50,870 nucleotides of DNA. Origin: Chiloscyllium plagiosum (Eukaryota). The translations under genes were made by a program, and so were the position numbers. Shown here piece after piece: positions 46,586 to 50,870 of this stretch. Numbering within the stretch: the stretch's first letter is position 1; the number at the start of each line of letters is the position of its first letter. Under the pieces are notes generated by a model. It saw only the letters and a list, made by a program, of their open reading frames with translations, made no database searches and was not told the origin of the DNA. The stretch lies in the NCBI RefSeq assembly GCF_004010195.1, contig NC_057734.1, positions 17,422,133 to 17,473,002 on the forward strand, given 5' to 3'.

Positions 46586-49500
46586 TCTTTCTGTCTTTTT
46601 AACAGTGGTGAAGGAGAAATAGTCAGGAAGAAAAGTACAGTGGTAGAGTTTTTGATTTTACGTTTTTACTGGGATTTATATAGTATCTTATCACATCAAA
46701 GTACTTCATAATGAAATGCTTTTTGAAACCTACTGACTTGTTTTGTGGGTAACCAGTGTAGGCATTCTGCACCCTGTGAACAGCACAAATTTGACTGAAA
46801 ATACTCGAGCTGTATGTGAAAACTGTGCAATCAGACTTTACCACTAATGCCTTTTTTGATGGTCTATACTTTCTGGAATTCGATTTATTCCATGTGTTTG
46901 GAGTTAATTTCACAGTTAACTGAGTGAAGATGCCCTATAGTTTAACTGTTCTGGGTGGTCTACGATTGCCTTTCACTTTGCAGCACTTTCGCACGTTTTG
47001 ATTTGGAACAAAATTGGGAAGCCGGGAAGGAATCATTGATGGGTGTGATTTAGACGAGTATATATTTCCTTTAACACACCATTATCCTGTCTTGGCAAAT
47101 GATATGTTAAAGGCTGCCATTTTCTTTGCTGTCTATATGGAAGGCACTGCATGCACACTGATTCAACAAAAAATTGAAAGTTAAGCACTTTTGTGTGAAA
47201 GATTAACAATTGAGCAAGAAGGGGATTGCAGATTTCTAATCTTAAAACTCAAGGCTCTCTCTTGAGCTGAACAATTTTCTCATTAATTTTCACTGATGGC
47301 ACAGAAGTTCTGTTGACAATATATTGCTGTGGGTTGCTTCGTATCCTTGGGCAGCTCTGTATTGATCCCTTGCTTGGTGATTGCTTAATTTATAACATTG
47401 TTCCACCTCGAGGACCTGTTATTGTTGCTGTTTGTGATTGTTATCTTTGGCGCTAGAAGATCTGTAATTAAGATGAAAACCAGATCTGGCTTCTGTATGA
47501 TTTTTAAACTCTGGCAATAACACTGGTCCCTTGCATTCAAGAGTTAGTCACGTGTCATTCCCAAGCAGATCCATCGTTGTACTTTGAGGTATAGAAATAT
47601 GTAGTGTTCTTTGGATGTTCTGAGTGCACCCCAATCCATCATCAATCACTTTACTGAAAGAACTGCAACCCTGGTGGGTCAGACCCATTGTATTTAGTAA
47701 GCAGCTACAGCATAAAAACTCACCCAAGCTGTAGAAAATTTGTTAATGTTAACCGGGATTGTCACAAGAGTGTAATGACAGACCAGACTTGACCCTATTT
47801 CCAGTTTGTCTTTCACCAGCTCTTTGTCTATATTCAAAATCAAGGGCAGGTCACAACAACTAGTCTTAGTGCCTTTCATTTAGTAAAATGTTCCAATGCA
47901 CTTGACAGAAATCTTATAAAATAACAGTTGACAAAATCCATGAAATGGGAAATAGTAAGTGGGACCTAAAGCTTGTTCAAAGAGAATAGGTTTTAATGGA
48001 CAACTTTGAGGAGAGAAACATGGAGCATTACGGAAGGAGCTACAGAGACTTCGGCCTAGCTGGCAACACAGCTTCCAATGGTAGAACAATTACAATTGGG
48101 AATGTACAAAAGGTTAGAACTGGAGGAGTGCAGATATCTTAGAGGATTGTTGACCTGGAGGAGGTTATTGAGATGAGGGACTGAGGCTTAGAAAGATTTG
48201 AAAACCAGGATATGAACGTTTAAAAGTGAGCTGCCAGAAGGTCCAAAAGCTTATACAAATGAACCAGTGAAGCTCTGCTCTTTGCTACTACCTTATAACC
48301 ACCTTCTTTATATCAGTACCACTGAAATTTGGAGCTCTGACTGCAGAATATCCCCCTTGCAGCCAGATGCAGAAGCTATGGTCACATTGTCATGAATCTT
48401 TTTCAATGAGCCATTTCTAAATTTCTGTATTATCTGTGCTGTACCCTTATGTTCAACTTAGAATGCAGGCAATCTGAACAAGAGTGTTCTGAAGGTGTGA
48501 TTGCAGCTGCGATGTGAAATTTGACATAGATGCATAAGAACATTGTAGTTCCAGTCCATTGTTATTTTTAAACTAATAATTGGTGAAGTTACTTTCTTAG
48601 ATACCATATATGTTGCTTGAAGACTTGCTTTTCCCTACTGCATCTTGATGATTAGGACGCTAATATTTGCATTTCATTCTGAAGATCTATAATGTTACAA
48701 CCTGGTGTGGGGTTAATTGACAGATCAATTCATTCAGCAAATGACTCTGATTACATATCATCTTTAGTGTTGCTGCAGTGCTCAAGGTGCTGTTTGCCTC
48801 TGCACCTTTAAACATTTGTGTTGTGAGAAATGAAATTAACAAGGGTCAGTGATGGAGTGATTGTTTTAAATTGTGTTGATGTTAGTTTTCTTCCAGACCA
48901 CATCCCAAACGACAAGCAATTAAAGTAGCACAACCTTGCAAATGGTCAGCAAATCAGAGCAAGTGGGAAAGTATTGAAATAATCTAGATTTGAGCGAAAA
49001 GGAGTGTGATGTGATCCTATGTGACAGGTTTATTACAGGGAAAAAGAGATGGAAAGAAGCCAAGAGGAGCGGGAATGGGGGGAGGTGAGGAGCAGGAGTT
49101 GGGGGAGGTGAAAGAGACAATGAGAGAGAAAAGGGGTGACACAGGTAGAGACTGGAAATGTCCCCCCCCCCCCAACACCCCACCTTCCCAAAAGTAGAAA
49201 TTCAGATTTTATCAGAAAGTAGCAAATCACTCTTGGAGCCTTGAAAGCGTTTGTGTTTCCATGGTAATTAAGTGGAAGGACATCCTGTGGTGCTGTGCTA
49301 ATTGACGAATATATTTTATTAAACTAATTGAGAAAATAAATGCTGGAATTGCGGTTGCTAAAGGATAGTATTCAGTTCTGCTAATGTCATTTTGACTAAT
49401 TAACCAGAATTTATTCCATGCTTAATGTGACAGGAAAATGGCAGTGAACCCCGGTTACAAAGTTCCAGAGACCTCAAGTTTTTTTTTGCTTCCTTAAATG

Positions 49501-50451
49501 CAAACTGGATATTTAATTTCTGTTCTTTTTCTATTTCTTTGGTGATTACACCCTTTGTTCTCTAGTTTTGTTCTTCATGAGTAAAGTTGCACTTATGCAT
49601 GTGTTGGCCGAACAATGTATGTTTTCTAAATGCTTATCCCCAATGTTATAAATTTGAATGCTTTCAGGCAAAGTCCATCTCTTGTGGAGTTTGAGATGAA
49701 GTTCTTTGAACCATGTTTGAACTCGGTCACAGGATTCATTCTTTTTAAAGCAGAGAATTGCATTCTCTGATATTTACCATGTTTGAGGTCTTTGCATGTC
49801 TGGGAGACAAATTGTAGCTGGCAGCCTCGAACCATTGTAATCTCGCAATGCCACTGAGTCTGACATGGTTAACTACAGCTAGATAAGTTTTAATTTAAGA
49901 GGTTCCAGTGTATGTTTATACCGAGGTTTGGTTTTCCATGTGACTGCAGTTCTGTGTTAAAGGGATACACCTGCTATCTCTGATTCTGATTTTATGAGCT
50001 CAATGACCTTGACGAATACATGAAAGGCCACTGCTATGGCTCATGATGCTGCTGTTGTTCAGGCTTAGTGATGAGTCAACGACATAACATTGATGCCTTC
50101 TTTCGTGAGCTAACTACACATTGATATTCATTGTGCTGGATATTTCAGATGCCAACATCTTAGATGTGAATATTGCTGAGATCTTATTGCAGACTCTTGA
50201 TGACCACGAGCTGTCTGTCCCTTGAAGGGTAGAAAGCAGCTGGTATTTGTTAGTGGACCTGTGTCTGGCTGAGGATCAGTGGGTTATCAGAAATCAATTC
50301 AATAATCTGTAATATAAATAATCAGAAGCAGTGGAATTTGATTATATTTTCTAGATGAGTTGATTTTGAGCTCTGGAACTCCAAAATATTGTAACTGACT
50401 GGAATAAGAGCAGAAGAAATTTAGCATGGGCAAATGTAAAACATTAGCTTA

Positions 50452-50870
50452 AAAATGTGTTGCTGGAAAAGTGCAGCAGGTCAGGCAGCATCAAAGGAGA
50501 AGGAGAATCGACGCTTCGGGCATCAGCCCTTCTTCAGGAATGAGGAGGGTGTACCAAGCAGGCTAAGGTAGGGAGGAGGGACTTGGGGGAGGGGCGTTGG
50601 GAATGCGATAAGTGGAAGGAGGTTACGGTGAGGGTGATAGGCCGGAGAGGGGGTGGGGGCGGAGAGGTTGGGAAGAAGATTGCAGGTCAAGAAGGCGGTG
50701 CTGAGTCTGAGGGTTGGGACTGAGAAAAGGTGGGAGGAGGGGAAATGAGGAAGCTGGAGAAATCTGCATTCATCCCTTGTGGTTGGAGGGTTCCTAGGCG
50801 GAAGATGAGGCACTCTTCCTCCAGGTGTCGTGTTGCCATGTCTGGCGATGGAGGAGGCCAAGGACCTGCA
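50452..50870 (-). mobile_element. PLE family A 3' end including GIY-YIG C-terminus; runs off window
   Basis: Reverse translation 'QVLGLLHRQT..LEEECLIFRLGTLQPQGMNADFSSF' typical of PLE endonuclease end; hammerhead-like core 50510-50537 (GAAG instead of GAAA). Confidence 0.88.

Noticed and set aside
50040-50230. Coding-looking stretch (NIDAFFREL.., DANILDVNIAEILLQTLDD..)
   Set aside because: Interrupted by stops, no convincing splice sites or recognisable family.
603-50861. Most ORFs in the six-frame track (e.g. [15 protein letters not shown] and [13 protein letters not shown] peptides recurring many times)
   Set aside because: They are translations of PLE, SINE and CR1 repeats or antisense shadows of TFIP11 exons, not genes.

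Overview
Eukaryotic genomic DNA from a cartilaginous fish (shark; inferred from HE1-type SINEs and CR1/Penelope repeat content). The window holds a complete spliced TFIP11 gene on + (non-coding exon 1 ending at 1361, then 12 coding exons from 6196 to 35710; 2493 nt CDS = 830 aa, all GT-AG, phases consistent). A probable SRRD first coding exon lies head-to-head on - (719-873) across a very compact CpG-rich bidirectional promoter. A second CpG-island promoter with an unidentified first exon lies at ~43.5-44.4 kb. Introns contain nested CR1 and other LINEs, tRNA-derived SINEs, Tigger/pogo-like MITEs, a solo LTR and many Penelope-like element (PLE) ends. The most notable non-genic signals are: (1) at least four PLE-derived repeat families whose ends carry minimal hammerhead-ribozyme cores (CUGANGA-N-stem II-GAA + 4-nt palindrome ACGU/AGCU), several within 5'-inverted elements with target-site duplications; (2) a LINE whose 5' end is a tRNA-SINE head shared with free SINE copies; (3) repeated RT-dead (FAGD) CR1 copies. 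Almost all ORFs in the supplied track are repeat-derived or exon read-throughs. Repeat boundaries are approximate; exon boundaries were counted by hand.
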